A stretch of 54,222 bases of DNA from a virus. The position numbers and the translations under genes were made by a program. The stretch is from IMG/VR virus record IMGVR_UViG_3300046507_000271, positions 1 through 54,222 of that record; one strand, given 5' to 3'. Numbering within the stretch: position 1 is the stretch's first letter; each line of letters starts with the position of its first letter. Shown here in pieces: positions 1 to 9,101 of the stretch. The notes beneath the pieces are model-generated. The model was not told where the DNA came from and made no database searches. It saw nothing but the letters and a program-made list of their open reading frames with translations.

Positions 1-127
1 ACCGGACACTGATATGGCTGTAGTTTTGCAGCTCGGCGACTTCACGTTTTCCGAGTACGAAATCCCCGAGCGCATCACTATGGTGACGGCAATCCGCACC
101 GTCGTCCGCAAGATGGTCGGCGGTGCG
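1..127. repeat. Terminal direct repeat, left copy (overlap of a circular assembly)
   Basis: Nt 1-127 are identical to nt 54096-54222. The ORF starting at 14 restarts at 54109, directly after the tape-measure stop at 54105-54107. Confidence 0.95.
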
Positions 128-976
128 CGTAACGTCAACATGATGGGCTATGACCCGGCGCCGCTCGAATGGTCCGGGATGCTGCTTGGCTCGAATGCGC
201 TAGACCGCGCGCGCACGCTCAAGCAGATGGCGCTTGCGCAGAAGATGCTGGCGCTGACGTTCAGCGAGTACAGCTACGCGGTAGTCATCAGCGAGTTCGT
301 CGAGGACTTTCAGCGCGAGTACGAGATTTACTACCGCATTCGCCTGGAAATAGTTGCTGACAACGCCGCGCAGGGGCCATCTGCAGCGCCCGGCATCGAT
401 TCGCTGATCGGCGCGGACATTTCGACCGCTAACGGCATCTGCTCGAAGATCGGCAATGCAAGCCTCACGTCGAGCATGGGCACGCTGACGACGGCGATCG
501 GCGCGGTGTCGAGCTTCGCGACGGCAGCAAAAAGCACGCTGCAAAGCGTTCTCGCGCCGCTCGCCACGGTTCAGGCGCAAGTTACAACGCTGATCGCCGC
601 CGGCGAGAACACATTGCAAAGCGTGTCAACGGTCGGCGGCCTGCTGCCAAACAATCCGATTGCGCAGCAAGTGTCGAAGCTCAGCGCGCAGGTCAATACG
701 ATGACGCAGCAGCCGCAACTTCTCCAGTTGCAAGGCGTGCTGTCGCGCATCGGCACGAACATCGGCCAGATCGGCTCAGCATCCAAGACGATCACGGTCG
801 TGGGCGGCAACCTGTACGACATTGCAGCCAAGTATTACAAGGACGCGACCGGATGGGTGAGCCTTTCCAAGGCTAATCCGTCGCTTGGCGGCGATCCGAA
901 CATCAGCGGCACGCAGAACATCGCACTGCCGGCCACGAATACCGCTGCATCCTCAGATGGAGTACCTAATGCCTAG
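14..976 (+). CDS. Tail protein with a P2 gpU-like N-terminal domain and a C-terminal LysM-like domain
   Basis: 320-aa ORF directly after the tape-measure gene across the circular junction, matching the P2 order T-U-D. The N-terminus MAVVLQLGDFTFSEYEIP...GYDPAPLEWSGML has gpU flavour. The C-terminus ITVVGGNLYDIAAKYYKDATGWVSLSKANP is LysM-like. Confidence 0.6.
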   Translation: MAVVLQLGDFTFSEYEIPERITMVTAIRTVVRKMVGGARNVNMMGYDPAPLEWSGMLLGSNALDRARTLKQMALAQKMLALTFSEYSYAVVISEFVEDFQREYEIYYRIRLEIVADNAAQGPSAAPGIDSLIGADISTANGICSKIGNASLTSSMGTLTTAIGAVSSFATAAKSTLQSVLAPLATVQAQVTTLIAAGENTLQSVSTVGGLLPNNPIAQQVSKLSAQVNTMTQQPQLLQLQGVLSRIGTNIGQIGSASKTITVVGGNLYDIAAKYYKDATGWVSLSKANPSLGGDPNISGTQNIALPATNTAASSDGVPNA

Positions 977-2120
977 TGCTGATCGCATTCTCGTGACACA
1001 GCCTGCCGGATTGGTGACTGTGCCGCGAGGTGTGGTTCGCATCAACGGCACGATTGCCCCGGCATGGCTTGATTTCGAGGTCGAAAACAACGCGCTTTCA
1101 TCTGCCGACACGTTCACGGTGCGATTTATTGGCTCGGCGCTGCCGGCTGCTACCGATGTGAACTGGTTCAGCCAGCAGAAGGACATGTACATCGAACTAT
1201 TCGCTGGCTTCCCGGCAAATTTCGACGTGTACACGCCCGAAGAACTGACCAAGCTCATCTACGGGCAGGCCGACACGATCGATTACGACATCGCATCGGA
1301 CGTTATCACGGTTCACGGTCGCGATCTTACGCGCGTTTTCATCGACGCCAAGACGACCGAGAAGTTTCAGAACCAGACGTCGAGCCAGATCGCGACGACG
1401 CTCGCAAAGCGCCGCGGACTGACGCCGCAAGTGACCGCGACAAAGACGAAGGCGGGCGCGTATTACGACATCGAGCACGTCAACCTGATGGACGAGCGCA
1501 CGGAGTGGGACATTCTCTCGTTTCTGGCGCAGCAGGAAGGGTTTCGCGTCTATGTGGCGGACAAGACGCTGTATTTCGGGCCGCCACCGGCCGCTGATTC
1601 GACGCCATACCCGATCGTCTGGTCTCAGGTGAACCCGAGCACTGCGCAGTACGTCGCAATGGCCGGCAACGTCGAGGATATGCAGTTTCAGCGCACTTTG
1701 ACGGTCTCGCGCGGCGTGACGGTGATCGTTCGTTCGTGGAATGACAAGAACCAGTACGGTTTCAACGCCACATATCCCCCTAAGAAGGTCGGCAGCCTGC
1801 AACCCGGTCAAGCGACGACGGCCGGCGGCGGCCAGGTGTTCACGTTTTTCTATCCGAACATCGACAAGCAGCGCGCGCTACAGATCGCACAGCAGAAGTA
1901 CGACCTGATCGTTGCGCACGAGATGAAATTCTCCTGCCGCTTGCCGGGCGACGTGACGCTCAACGCGCAGACGGTCATTCAGGTGTCGGGGACCGGTACG
2001 GCGTTCGACCAGACCTATTACCCGTCGCAGATCGTGCGCCGCATGGGCTTTGATGGCGGTTTCGAGATGACCGTACACGGCAAGAACCACGCTGCAACCT
2101 CACAGGCGGTCCCGCTATGA
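969..2120 (+). CDS. Baseplate hub / late-control gpD-like protein
   Basis: GGAG lies 6 nt upstream of ATG 969, inside the longer track ORF 885..2120. 383 aa. Sits in the gpD position. The segment TEWDILSFLAQQEGFRVYVADKTLYFGP is typical of the gpD / Mu gp44 family. Confidence 0.65.
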   Translation: MPSADRILVTQPAGLVTVPRGVVRINGTIAPAWLDFEVENNALSSADTFTVRFIGSALPAATDVNWFSQQKDMYIELFAGFPANFDVYTPEELTKLIYGQADTIDYDIASDVITVHGRDLTRVFIDAKTTEKFQNQTSSQIATTLAKRRGLTPQVTATKTKAGAYYDIEHVNLMDERTEWDILSFLAQQEGFRVYVADKTLYFGPPPAADSTPYPIVWSQVNPSTAQYVAMAGNVEDMQFQRTLTVSRGVTVIVRSWNDKNQYGFNATYPPKKVGSLQPGQATTAGGGQVFTFFYPNIDKQRALQIAQQKYDLIVAHEMKFSCRLPGDVTLNAQTVIQVSGTGTAFDQTYYPSQIVRRMGFDGGFEMTVHGKNHAATSQAVPL

Positions 2121-2764
2121 TGAATTACCACGAACTAGCGAACAACATGCGCGCGCATGCGGAGGCGGCTGCCGGCCGCATTCCCAAGCCGCGTATGGCG
2201 CAGATTAGCAGCTACAACGCGGCGACGCACTCGGTCAAGGTGACGTTTCAGGGCGTCGGCGACTCGGATTTCACCGAAACCGGTTGGATTCCACTCGGCG
2301 CGGTTGGCGTCGGCAACGGTTTCGGCGTGCTGACCGCACCGAATATCGGCGACATGGTGATGGTTTCTTTTTCGGACGGCTCCAACGCGGCGCCGAAGAT
2401 CGTCGGGCGTTTCTTCTCGAACGTGAACGTTCCGCCAAAGGTGCCGGCCGGCGAGACGTGGATCGTGCACAAGTCGGGTTCCTTCCTGAAGTTTCACAAC
2501 GACGGAACGGTCGAGATGAAGGCGGCCGCCGGCGCGACATACACGGCTACGCAGCATCACTTCGTCGGCCCGGTTCTGATGGACAACACGCTGACCGGAA
2601 ACGGAGGCATCGCGATCAGTGGCGACAACGGATCAGGCAACGCGTCCACCGTCAACGGCAACTTCAACACGACGGGCACGATTACGAACAACGGCCACGA
2701 CATAGGAAGCACGCACAAACACGTCAATTCCGGCGGCTCTGGCCTCGGTGGAGTACCGCAGTGA
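2117..2764 (+). CDS. Baseplate spike / assembly protein V-like
   Basis: ATGA overlap with the upstream gene. GDMVMVSFSDGSNAAPKIVGRFFS is the gpV-type OB-fold signature. The C-terminal tip is rich in Gly and Asn. Confidence 0.7.
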   Translation: MMNYHELANNMRAHAEAAAGRIPKPRMAQISSYNAATHSVKVTFQGVGDSDFTETGWIPLGAVGVGNGFGVLTAPNIGDMVMVSFSDGSNAAPKIVGRFFSNVNVPPKVPAGETWIVHKSGSFLKFHNDGTVEMKAAAGATYTATQHHFVGPVLMDNTLTGNGGIAISGDNGSGNASTVNGNFNTTGTITNNGHDIGSTHKHVNSGGSGLGGVPQ

Positions 2765-3162
2765 CAGATCTGAATCATTTCTGGGGCAACGACCTGGCGA
2801 TCGCGGCAAACGGCGATCTGGCGGTCGCAAACGACGACACGCTCGCGCAACAGGAACTGCTCCGCGCGCTGATGACGAACCCGCAACTAGCCGACTCGGC
2901 CGGCAACCCGCTCGCATCGCCCGATTACACATGGCATGCCGACTTCGGCGCAGGCATCCCGCGTCGCATCGGCAAGACGCTCAACGTCTCCGAGCTGCGC
3001 GGCGCGATTCAGGCAACGATGAAAACGATCGCCGGCATTGCCACATCGCCGACGCCGGTTGTCACGGTAATGCCGTTCAACAACGGCGCGGCGGTGACGA
3101 TCCAGTATGCCGACGCCGTGACCGGTCAGGTATCGACCCTCTCATTCGACATAAACCAATAA
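2761..3162 (+). CDS. Baseplate wedge protein (gpW/gp25 position)
   Basis: GTG 2761 overlaps the gpV stop (GTGA). It is in frame with track ORF 2284..3162, whose 5' part overlaps gpV. 133 aa, placed between V and J. Confidence 0.5.
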   Translation: MTDLNHFWGNDLAIAANGDLAVANDDTLAQQELLRALMTNPQLADSAGNPLASPDYTWHADFGAGIPRRIGKTLNVSELRGAIQATMKTIAGIATSPTPVVTVMPFNNGAAVTIQYADAVTGQVSTLSFDINQ

Positions 3163-4293
3163 ATGGCAAACGTACAGACGCAATCGCTGACGCAGATGCT
3201 TCAAAACTTTGCGTCTACGGTGCAGGGTTCGGTCACGTCCGCGCTCCTGAACTTTAACATCGGCACGGTGTTCCGCGCGCTCGGCGAGGCGGTGTCAGGC
3301 ATCGCGCTCTGGCTGCAAGGCATGATCCTGCAAATGCTCGCGCTCACGCGCGCATCGACGTCGACCGGCTCGGATCTTGACTCGTGGTTCGCTGACTTCG
3401 GTTTTTCGCGACTGGCGGCTTCGTATGCGACCGGTTCGGTGACGTTCTCGCGCTTCACGCCAACGTCGCAGGCGGTTGTGCCGGTCGGAACGGTCGTGCA
3501 GACGACTGACGGCACGCAGCAGTTCACGGTCAACACCGATACGACGAACCCGGCATACAGCGCAGCGCTCGGCGGCTACGTGCTGGCGGCCGGCACGGCA
3601 AGCGTTACCGTCACAGTGACCGCGGCCACGGCAGGTACGGGCGGCAATGTGCTCGCCAATACCATCACTCAACTGTCTCAGTCGGTCCCCGGCGTCGACA
3701 CGGTGACGAATGCGGCGGCCTTCACGAATGCGGTTAATGCGGAGTCTGACGCCACCGCGCTTGCTCGCTTCCAATCGTGGCTACTGAGCCTGTCGAAGGC
3801 GACGAAAGCAGCTATCGGTAACGCGATCACATCGCTGCAGCAGGGTCTGACATACACGATCACCGAGAATTACACCTACGGCGGCGTCTATCAGCCCGGG
3901 TATTTCTATGTGGTGGTCGACGACGGCTCGGGCGTGCCATCTGACACGCTGGTTTCGACCGTCTACAACGCGATCGACGCGGTGCGGCCGTTCACAAGCA
4001 CGTTCGATGTGAAGAAGCCGATCGTCGTGACTGCAACCGTCGCAATGGCGATCACCACGGCAGCCGGCTACACGCACAGCACGGTAACGGCGCTGGTGCA
4101 GACTGCGCTGCAGAACTACATCAACACTCTGCCGCTCGGTGCATCGCTCGCGTACTCGCGCCTCGCGCAAGTCGCCTATGACGCGTCTCCCGGCGTGGCG
4201 AACGTCACAGGCGTGACGCTGAACGGCGGAACGGCCGATGTGACCGCCGATGCGAAAACAGTGGTTAAAGCCTCGACAGTGACGGTGGCGTGA
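3163..4293 (+). CDS. Baseplate J-like protein
   Basis: 376-aa ORF abutting the W-like gene. Size, position and sequence flavour match the gpJ / Mu gp47 family. Confidence 0.7.
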   Translation: MANVQTQSLTQMLQNFASTVQGSVTSALLNFNIGTVFRALGEAVSGIALWLQGMILQMLALTRASTSTGSDLDSWFADFGFSRLAASYATGSVTFSRFTPTSQAVVPVGTVVQTTDGTQQFTVNTDTTNPAYSAALGGYVLAAGTASVTVTVTAATAGTGGNVLANTITQLSQSVPGVDTVTNAAAFTNAVNAESDATALARFQSWLLSLSKATKAAIGNAITSLQQGLTYTITENYTYGGVYQPGYFYVVVDDGSGVPSDTLVSTVYNAIDAVRPFTSTFDVKKPIVVTATVAMAITTAAGYTHSTVTALVQTALQNYINTLPLGASLAYSRLAQVAYDASPGVANVTGVTLNGGTADVTADAKTVVKASTVTVA

Positions 4294-5015
4294 TGACGGG
4301 TGATCGGCAGGACATTTTAGAGCGCATGCAAGCGCTACTGCCGCGCGGATGGTTCGGCGACTCGCCAGCGATCCTGACCGCGCTGCTCAAAGGCTTTGCT
4401 GCCATTCTGGCGAACGTGTACGCGGTTCTCGCCTACGCGAAGCTTCAGACTCGCATTCTCACCGCGACAGACGGTTTCCTCGATGTCATATCGGCAGACT
4501 TCTTCGGCTCGAACCTGCCGCGCAGGACCGGGGAGAGCGACACCGCGTTTCGCAATCGAATCACGGTGAACCTGTTCCGCGAACGCGCGACGCGCAAAGC
4601 GGTGATTGACGTACTGACGACGCTCACCGGGCGCGCGCCGCTCATCGTTGAACCGATGCGCCCGGCTGACACAGGCGGCTATGGCATCGCTTGCGGCTAC
4701 GGCGTGGCGGGTGCATATGGCTCGCTCGTTCACCAGTACCAGGCGTTCGTGACGGCTTATCGACCGCATGGGACTGGCATTCCGAATGTTGCTGGCTACG
4801 GCAGTTCGCCATCAGGCTACAGCATCGCATCACAAGGCGAATACGCGAGCATGAGTATGGTTCAGCAATCGGTGAGCGATGCGGACATTTATGCAGCGGT
4901 GGCCTCTGTAATCCCCGCCGGGACTATCGTATGGGTGCGCATTTCTGCCGACGTTCCTGCGCCGCCGACGTTCCTTGATAGCACATTCATCCTCGACAGT
5001 TCAACGTTGCTCTAG
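4290..5015 (+). CDS. Baseplate/tail protein in the gpI / Mu gp48 (DUF2313-like) position
   Basis: ATGA overlap with the J-like gene. 241 aa. The N-terminus DILERMQALLPRGWF is typical of this family. Confidence 0.55.
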   Translation: MMTGDRQDILERMQALLPRGWFGDSPAILTALLKGFAAILANVYAVLAYAKLQTRILTATDGFLDVISADFFGSNLPRRTGESDTAFRNRITVNLFRERATRKAVIDVLTTLTGRAPLIVEPMRPADTGGYGIACGYGVAGAYGSLVHQYQAFVTAYRPHGTGIPNVAGYGSSPSGYSIASQGEYASMSMVQQSVSDADIYAAVASVIPAGTIVWVRISADVPAPPTFLDSTFILDSSTLL

Positions 5016-5024
5016 GCAAGACAC

Positions 5025-6716
5025 ATGAAGAAAATTCTTATCGCTCTGACAGCGCTGCTGTTCTCTGTGCAGGCTAGTGCGCAATTTACCGCAGGCCAGG
5101 TCTTATCGGCCGCAGCGCTCAACAGCGCCCTCGCTGCAAAGACCACTAACGCCTCTGCGGCTATTACAGGCGGCACGATTACGGGGCTGTCTGCGCCGAT
5201 TGGCTTCGCTAATACTCCGGCAGCGACCGGTACGACTAGCCAGCTTCAGTATCTGCAAGGGGCAACTGGGAGTGTCGCTCGGTCGCTGACGAGTGTTTTC
5301 CAGGATTCAATTAGTCTGCTCGACTTCGGCGCTGACCCCACTGGCGTGACTGATAGCTCTATCGCTTTCAGTAATTTCATAGCCGCCGTTAAGACGACGG
5401 GTCGCGCTGGGCACATGCCGGCGGGAACCTACAAGATCAACACCGCTCAGGTTATCGATTTAGCATCGATCTCGCCAAAAGGCATCTACATTTACGGCGA
5501 TGGTCAATATCAGACCATGCTCGACCTGACGTCGGTGTCTGCATCGCCCGCATTTTCGATCATTGATACTGGCAACGCGGGCGGCGGTGGTTTTTACAGC
5601 ACCTTCGCTAACTTCGGCATAAAGGGGAACATTGCAGGAACACTGCTGCAGATAGGCAAAACCGACTTCAGCGATGCGCTTAACGAATTCAAGTTCGATA
5701 ATTTGTGGATCGGCAATAACAGCGCATCGGCATCAGCGATCGGGATTCAGGTCAACTACGTTCTCAATACGCACTTCAATGCAGTCATCGCGGCCAACAA
5801 CGGGCACGGTGATGCGTGGCAGATAAATGCCGGAGCGTTCAACATCTGGGCCGGCGGTTCAGGTACATATGGCGATAATGGCTATCATCTAACGGCGGGT
5901 GGACCGGGAACCGGAGCGATCGCGGGCAACACGTTCATTGGCATCGATCACGAAGTCAATGCCGTGAACGATGTCAAGATCGACACGGCAAATGCGCAGG
6001 GGAATACTTGGATCGGCGGCACATTCGTCTATACACCCGGTACAACCTACGCTTTCGCGGCGAGCGCCGGATCGGACAATACGATCATTTCGCCGATGAC
6101 GCTCGGGTATCCGAGCGGTACGCCAAACTATGCGAACTTTTTCAATGGGAGCATTGGTGTTTCTCTCGTCAACAAGTTCAGTCAGGCTACCTTTTACGGT
6201 GGCACTATTAATTCGAGTGCGCCGAATTCGAGTTCCCGAGGTGTGTTCCTTCAAACGAATGGCAGTAATCGATGGGGGTCTTACGCTACGTCACAGACGG
6301 AATCAGGCGGGAACGCCGGAAGCAATTTCAGTATTTCTCGATATAACGATTCTGGCGTCTTCATCGATAGCCCAATCGGCATCACGCGTTCTAGCGGTTT
6401 GGTGAATATCAATGATGGGCTGGCGGTAAATGGCTCAATAACAGCATCGACAACGGGCGCGATGCCTCTCTACGGCACGACTGGCACTGGCGTAAATGCA
6501 CCGCATATTATTACAGGAAGCGTTGCGCTATCGTCTGGCAGCGCAACTGTGACGCTAAGCAGCTCGGCTGTATTCACGTCATCGTCCACCTACACGTGCA
6601 CGGCAAACGACGCGACTGCAGCAAACGCCGTGAAGATCGGTCAGACATCTGGTACGTCGATCACTTTCACTGGGACGAGCACGGATACCGTGCAGTTCAT
6701 GTGCGCCGGTAACTAG
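5025..6716 (+). CDS. Right-handed beta-helix (pectate-lyase-fold) protein with a Sec-type signal peptide; putative polysaccharide depolymerase or tailspike
   Basis: 563 aa. The N-terminus MKKILIALTALLFSVQASA|Q is a canonical signal peptide. SLLDFGADPTGVTDSSIAFSNFIAA is the pectate-lyase-superfamily entry motif. GC looks lower than in the neighbours by eye. Two terminators follow the gene. Confidence 0.6.
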   Translation: MKKILIALTALLFSVQASAQFTAGQVLSAAALNSALAAKTTNASAAITGGTITGLSAPIGFANTPAATGTTSQLQYLQGATGSVARSLTSVFQDSISLLDFGADPTGVTDSSIAFSNFIAAVKTTGRAGHMPAGTYKINTAQVIDLASISPKGIYIYGDGQYQTMLDLTSVSASPAFSIIDTGNAGGGGFYSTFANFGIKGNIAGTLLQIGKTDFSDALNEFKFDNLWIGNNSASASAIGIQVNYVLNTHFNAVIAANNGHGDAWQINAGAFNIWAGGSGTYGDNGYHLTAGGPGTGAIAGNTFIGIDHEVNAVNDVKIDTANAQGNTWIGGTFVYTPGTTYAFAASAGSDNTIISPMTLGYPSGTPNYANFFNGSIGVSLVNKFSQATFYGGTINSSAPNSSSRGVFLQTNGSNRWGSYATSQTESGGNAGSNFSISRYNDSGVFIDSPIGITRSSGLVNINDGLAVNGSITASTTGAMPLYGTTGTGVNAPHIITGSVALSSGSATVTLSSSAVFTSSSTYTCTANDATAANAVKIGQTSGTSITFTGTSTDTVQFMCAGN

Positions 6717-6745
6717 CCAGCCGCCCCGCGGCATCCCATTCCCGA

Positions 6746-6768
6746 GCCCGCCATGCGCGGGCTTTTGC
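6746..6768 (+). terminator. Rho-independent terminator (first of a tandem pair)
   Basis: Stem gcccgc/gcgggc followed by ttttgcattt. Confidence 0.6.
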
Positions 6769-6782
6769 ATTTCTGAACACTA

Positions 6783-6806
6783 GGCTCGCTTCGGCGGGCT
6801 TTTTTG
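6783..6806 (+). terminator. Rho-independent terminator (second of a tandem pair)
   Basis: Stem ctcgc/gcggg followed by ctttttt. The flank gcattctg duplicates the flank of the first terminator. Confidence 0.6.
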
Positions 6807-6844
6807 CATTCTGGAGCACGATCATCAAACGCGTAATCAACTAC

Positions 6845-8521
6845 GTGGGCCAAGTGCCCCTTGATACCGACCTGCTTTCGAGCAACAAAAACATCCTGAC
6901 CGCTATCGGTCATATGCTGCAAGACATGCTCGGCACGTCGACGCTGTTCTCGGGTCTTGGCTGCGTGCCGACTGCACCGGCCGGCATGACGGTCAACGTG
7001 AATCCTGGCCGCGCGTACTCGTATCAGGCGATCGACGCCGGCTCGTATGGTTCGCTCGCGGCTGACGCGCACCAGATCGTCAAGCAAGGGATCTTGCTGG
7101 ATGCGGTCAATTTCTCCTGCCCGGCGCCGACGACTGCCGGATATTCGGTCAACTACCTCGTGCAAGGCGCGTTTCAAGAGGTGGACACCGGCTCGGTCGT
7201 TTTGCCCTATTACAACGCAGCAAATCCTGCGCAGGCATACAACGGTCCGAGCGGCAATGGTACATCGCAGGCGACCGCGCGCGACAACACCGTGCAGCTT
7301 TCGCTGAAAGCCGGCGTCGCCGCCACGACTGGCTCGCAGAACACGCCGACGCCTGACGATGGCTTTACGGGCCTTTGGGTCATCAGCGTACCGTATGGCG
7401 CGACGACCATCACGTCGGGCAATATCAGCCAGTACAGCGGCGCACCGCTCCTGTCTGCAAGCCTGCTGTCGATGATCCAGCAGAACGGCCTGTACGCGGT
7501 CGCCACTGGCACCGCTAACGCGCACGTTGCAGCGCTCAACCCGCCCGTCACGACGCGCACTGATGGCATGGTGCTGCGCTACAAGGCACCGGCTGCCAAC
7601 ACTGGCGCGCTGACGTTGAACGACGGCCTCGGCGCAGTTGCGGTGGTCGGCGCGGCACACTCGGCGCTGCAAGGTGGCGAGACCGCGGCGAACGGCGATG
7701 TGTGGGTGCAGTGGAATAGCTCGATCGGCGGCGGATCGTATGTGCTGATCGACTCGACCGGCGGCGCAGTGCAAGTCGCCCCCGCCACGCAGAGCCAGCA
7801 TGCGGTGCAGCTTGGGCAGGCGACGGGACGACTGTTGCGGACAACCATTTACACGAATCCGGCAGGCACTCAACTGGTTTCGGTGGGCGGCGGCGCAGCC
7901 ACTAGCACTGGGGCAACAACCTTCACGCCGCTATCGTCAACCACCTTCGCTATTGTGGAGGTGCAGGGCGGCGGCTCAGCAGGCGCAGGAGCCGGAGGTG
8001 CTGGAGCAAGCACTGTTTCGATGGGCGCTCCTGGGATGTCAGGAGCCTACGGAAAAAGTCGCTTCACGTCTGCGCAGATCGGTGCATCGCAAGCCATTAC
8101 CGTTGGCGCTGGTGGCGCTGCCGCCTCTAACGCTGCCGGGGGCAATGGCGGATCGTCTTCTTTTGGTTCGTTGTTGTCGGCACCTGGCGGAACGGGTGGC
8201 GGCCTATCCAACAACGTCACTCCGCCGAGCGTGAACGGAAATGGATCATTTACAACTGCACCAACAGGCGCAAATCTTGTGAGCATGCGCGGGGCGAGCA
8301 ATCAAGCCACTTTCGGGTTAAGCACAACTAGTGGCATTGCCGGCATTGGCGGGAGTTCGCCTTTCGGCAATGGCGCAGCTGGACCAGGCCTGAATACAAC
8401 GGGTCTTAGCGCGGTAAATCCCGGCACTGGCGGCAGTGGATGCGTTCTCAATCAATCGGGCGGATCGGCTGCTGGTGGCGCCGGATTTGGCGGGATCGTC
8501 GTTGTCCAGGAGTTCGCATAA
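6845..8521 (+). CDS. Tail fibre protein with a Gly-rich C-terminal domain
   Basis: 558 aa. The N-terminus GQVPLDTDLLSSNKNILTAIGHMLQDMLG is typical of myovirus fibres. The C-terminal part is Gly-rich (GGGSAGAGAGGAGAS...GFGGIVVVQEF). The GTG start has no visible RBS (see finding). Confidence 0.7.
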   Translation: MGQVPLDTDLLSSNKNILTAIGHMLQDMLGTSTLFSGLGCVPTAPAGMTVNVNPGRAYSYQAIDAGSYGSLAADAHQIVKQGILLDAVNFSCPAPTTAGYSVNYLVQGAFQEVDTGSVVLPYYNAANPAQAYNGPSGNGTSQATARDNTVQLSLKAGVAATTGSQNTPTPDDGFTGLWVISVPYGATTITSGNISQYSGAPLLSASLLSMIQQNGLYAVATGTANAHVAALNPPVTTRTDGMVLRYKAPAANTGALTLNDGLGAVAVVGAAHSALQGGETAANGDVWVQWNSSIGGGSYVLIDSTGGAVQVAPATQSQHAVQLGQATGRLLRTTIYTNPAGTQLVSVGGGAATSTGATTFTPLSSTTFAIVEVQGGGSAGAGAGGAGASTVSMGAPGMSGAYGKSRFTSAQIGASQAITVGAGGAAASNAAGGNGGSSSFGSLLSAPGGTGGGLSNNVTPPSVNGNGSFTTAPTGANLVSMRGASNQATFGLSTTSGIAGIGGSSPFGNGAAGPGLNTTGLSAVNPGTGGSGCVLNQSGGSAAGGAGFGGIVVVQEFA

Positions 8522-8737
8522 ATGAAAACTTACGCACGCATTGAAAACCTACACCGCGTTAACACCGTCATGGAAATCATAAAGCCAATGTTTGATGAGG
8601 ACGGAAATGAAATTCCAATCGAACAGCGCTTTACCGCTGAATTGGTCGAAACCCTTGTTGAGGTGACGAATGTTTCACCTCAGCCGGGCGATTGGTGGAC
8701 CTATGATGGGAAAGTATTCTCTCCTCCCGCCAATTAG
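8522..8737 (+). CDS. Small conserved phage protein in the tail-fibre accessory position
   Basis: 71 aa. ATG abuts the fibre stop. Pattern ...VNTVMEII...GDWWTYDGKVFSPP resembles small ORFs that often follow fibre genes. Confidence 0.4.
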   Translation: MKTYARIENLHRVNTVMEIIKPMFDEDGNEIPIEQRFTAELVETLVEVTNVSPQPGDWWTYDGKVFSPPAN

Positions 8738-9033
8738 CCATTTTGGTGCAATAGGCAGCCGCTCTTAAAAAATTCGAATGCTTGCTGGGTGAAGTCAGAA
8801 AGATAGAGATCTGGACTATCCGCGTTCCTAGCGAGGGATAAACGAAACCTCGCGTCCGTCTCCCGTCCAGCAAGCCTTTCGAATGCTGCGCGCAGATGAG
8901 AGTGCTTTCCGAAAGGTTCGGCGTGCCGTTTTGTATTCGTTCCGTTGCTCCGCTCTTGCACAACTTCCGTTGCGCCATGTATGGCGGTAGGGGATTCCAA
9001 GAGCATCGGAATGTCATGTTCTTGTAATTTCAT
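8734..9033 (-). CDS. Hypothetical protein (low-GC moron candidate)
   Basis: 99-aa ORF converging on the fibre accessory gene. Visibly AT-richer. No recognisable motif and a weak RBS. Confidence 0.3.
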   Translation of the reverse strand: MKLQEHDIPMLLESPTAIHGATEVVQERSNGTNTKRHAEPFGKHSHLRAAFERLAGRETDARFRLSLARNADSPDLYLSDFTQQAFEFFKSGCLLHQNG

Positions 9034-9101
9034 GTCGATTACGGCGATTCTTCAGTAGTTATGTCGACGAGAGTCTAGCCTAAAACGGCCAGACTCTGCA
9101 T

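Noticed and set aside
2284-2760. 5' part of the 292-aa track ORF 2284..3162
   Set aside because: It overlaps the gpV-like gene out of frame and translates to Arg-rich low-complexity sequence. A GTGA-coupled start at 2761 gives a sensible 133-aa baseplate protein.
6683-6699. Extra partial copy of the operator flank (GATACCGTGCAGTTCA) at the 3' end of the beta-helix gene
   Set aside because: Only a half-site plus a 10-nt flank match, inside a coding region. A match of this length can arise by chance in 2 x 54 kb.
6713-7873. 386-aa ORF on the minus strand opposite the tail-fibre gene
   Set aside because: Antisense shadow ORF with Arg-rich composition.
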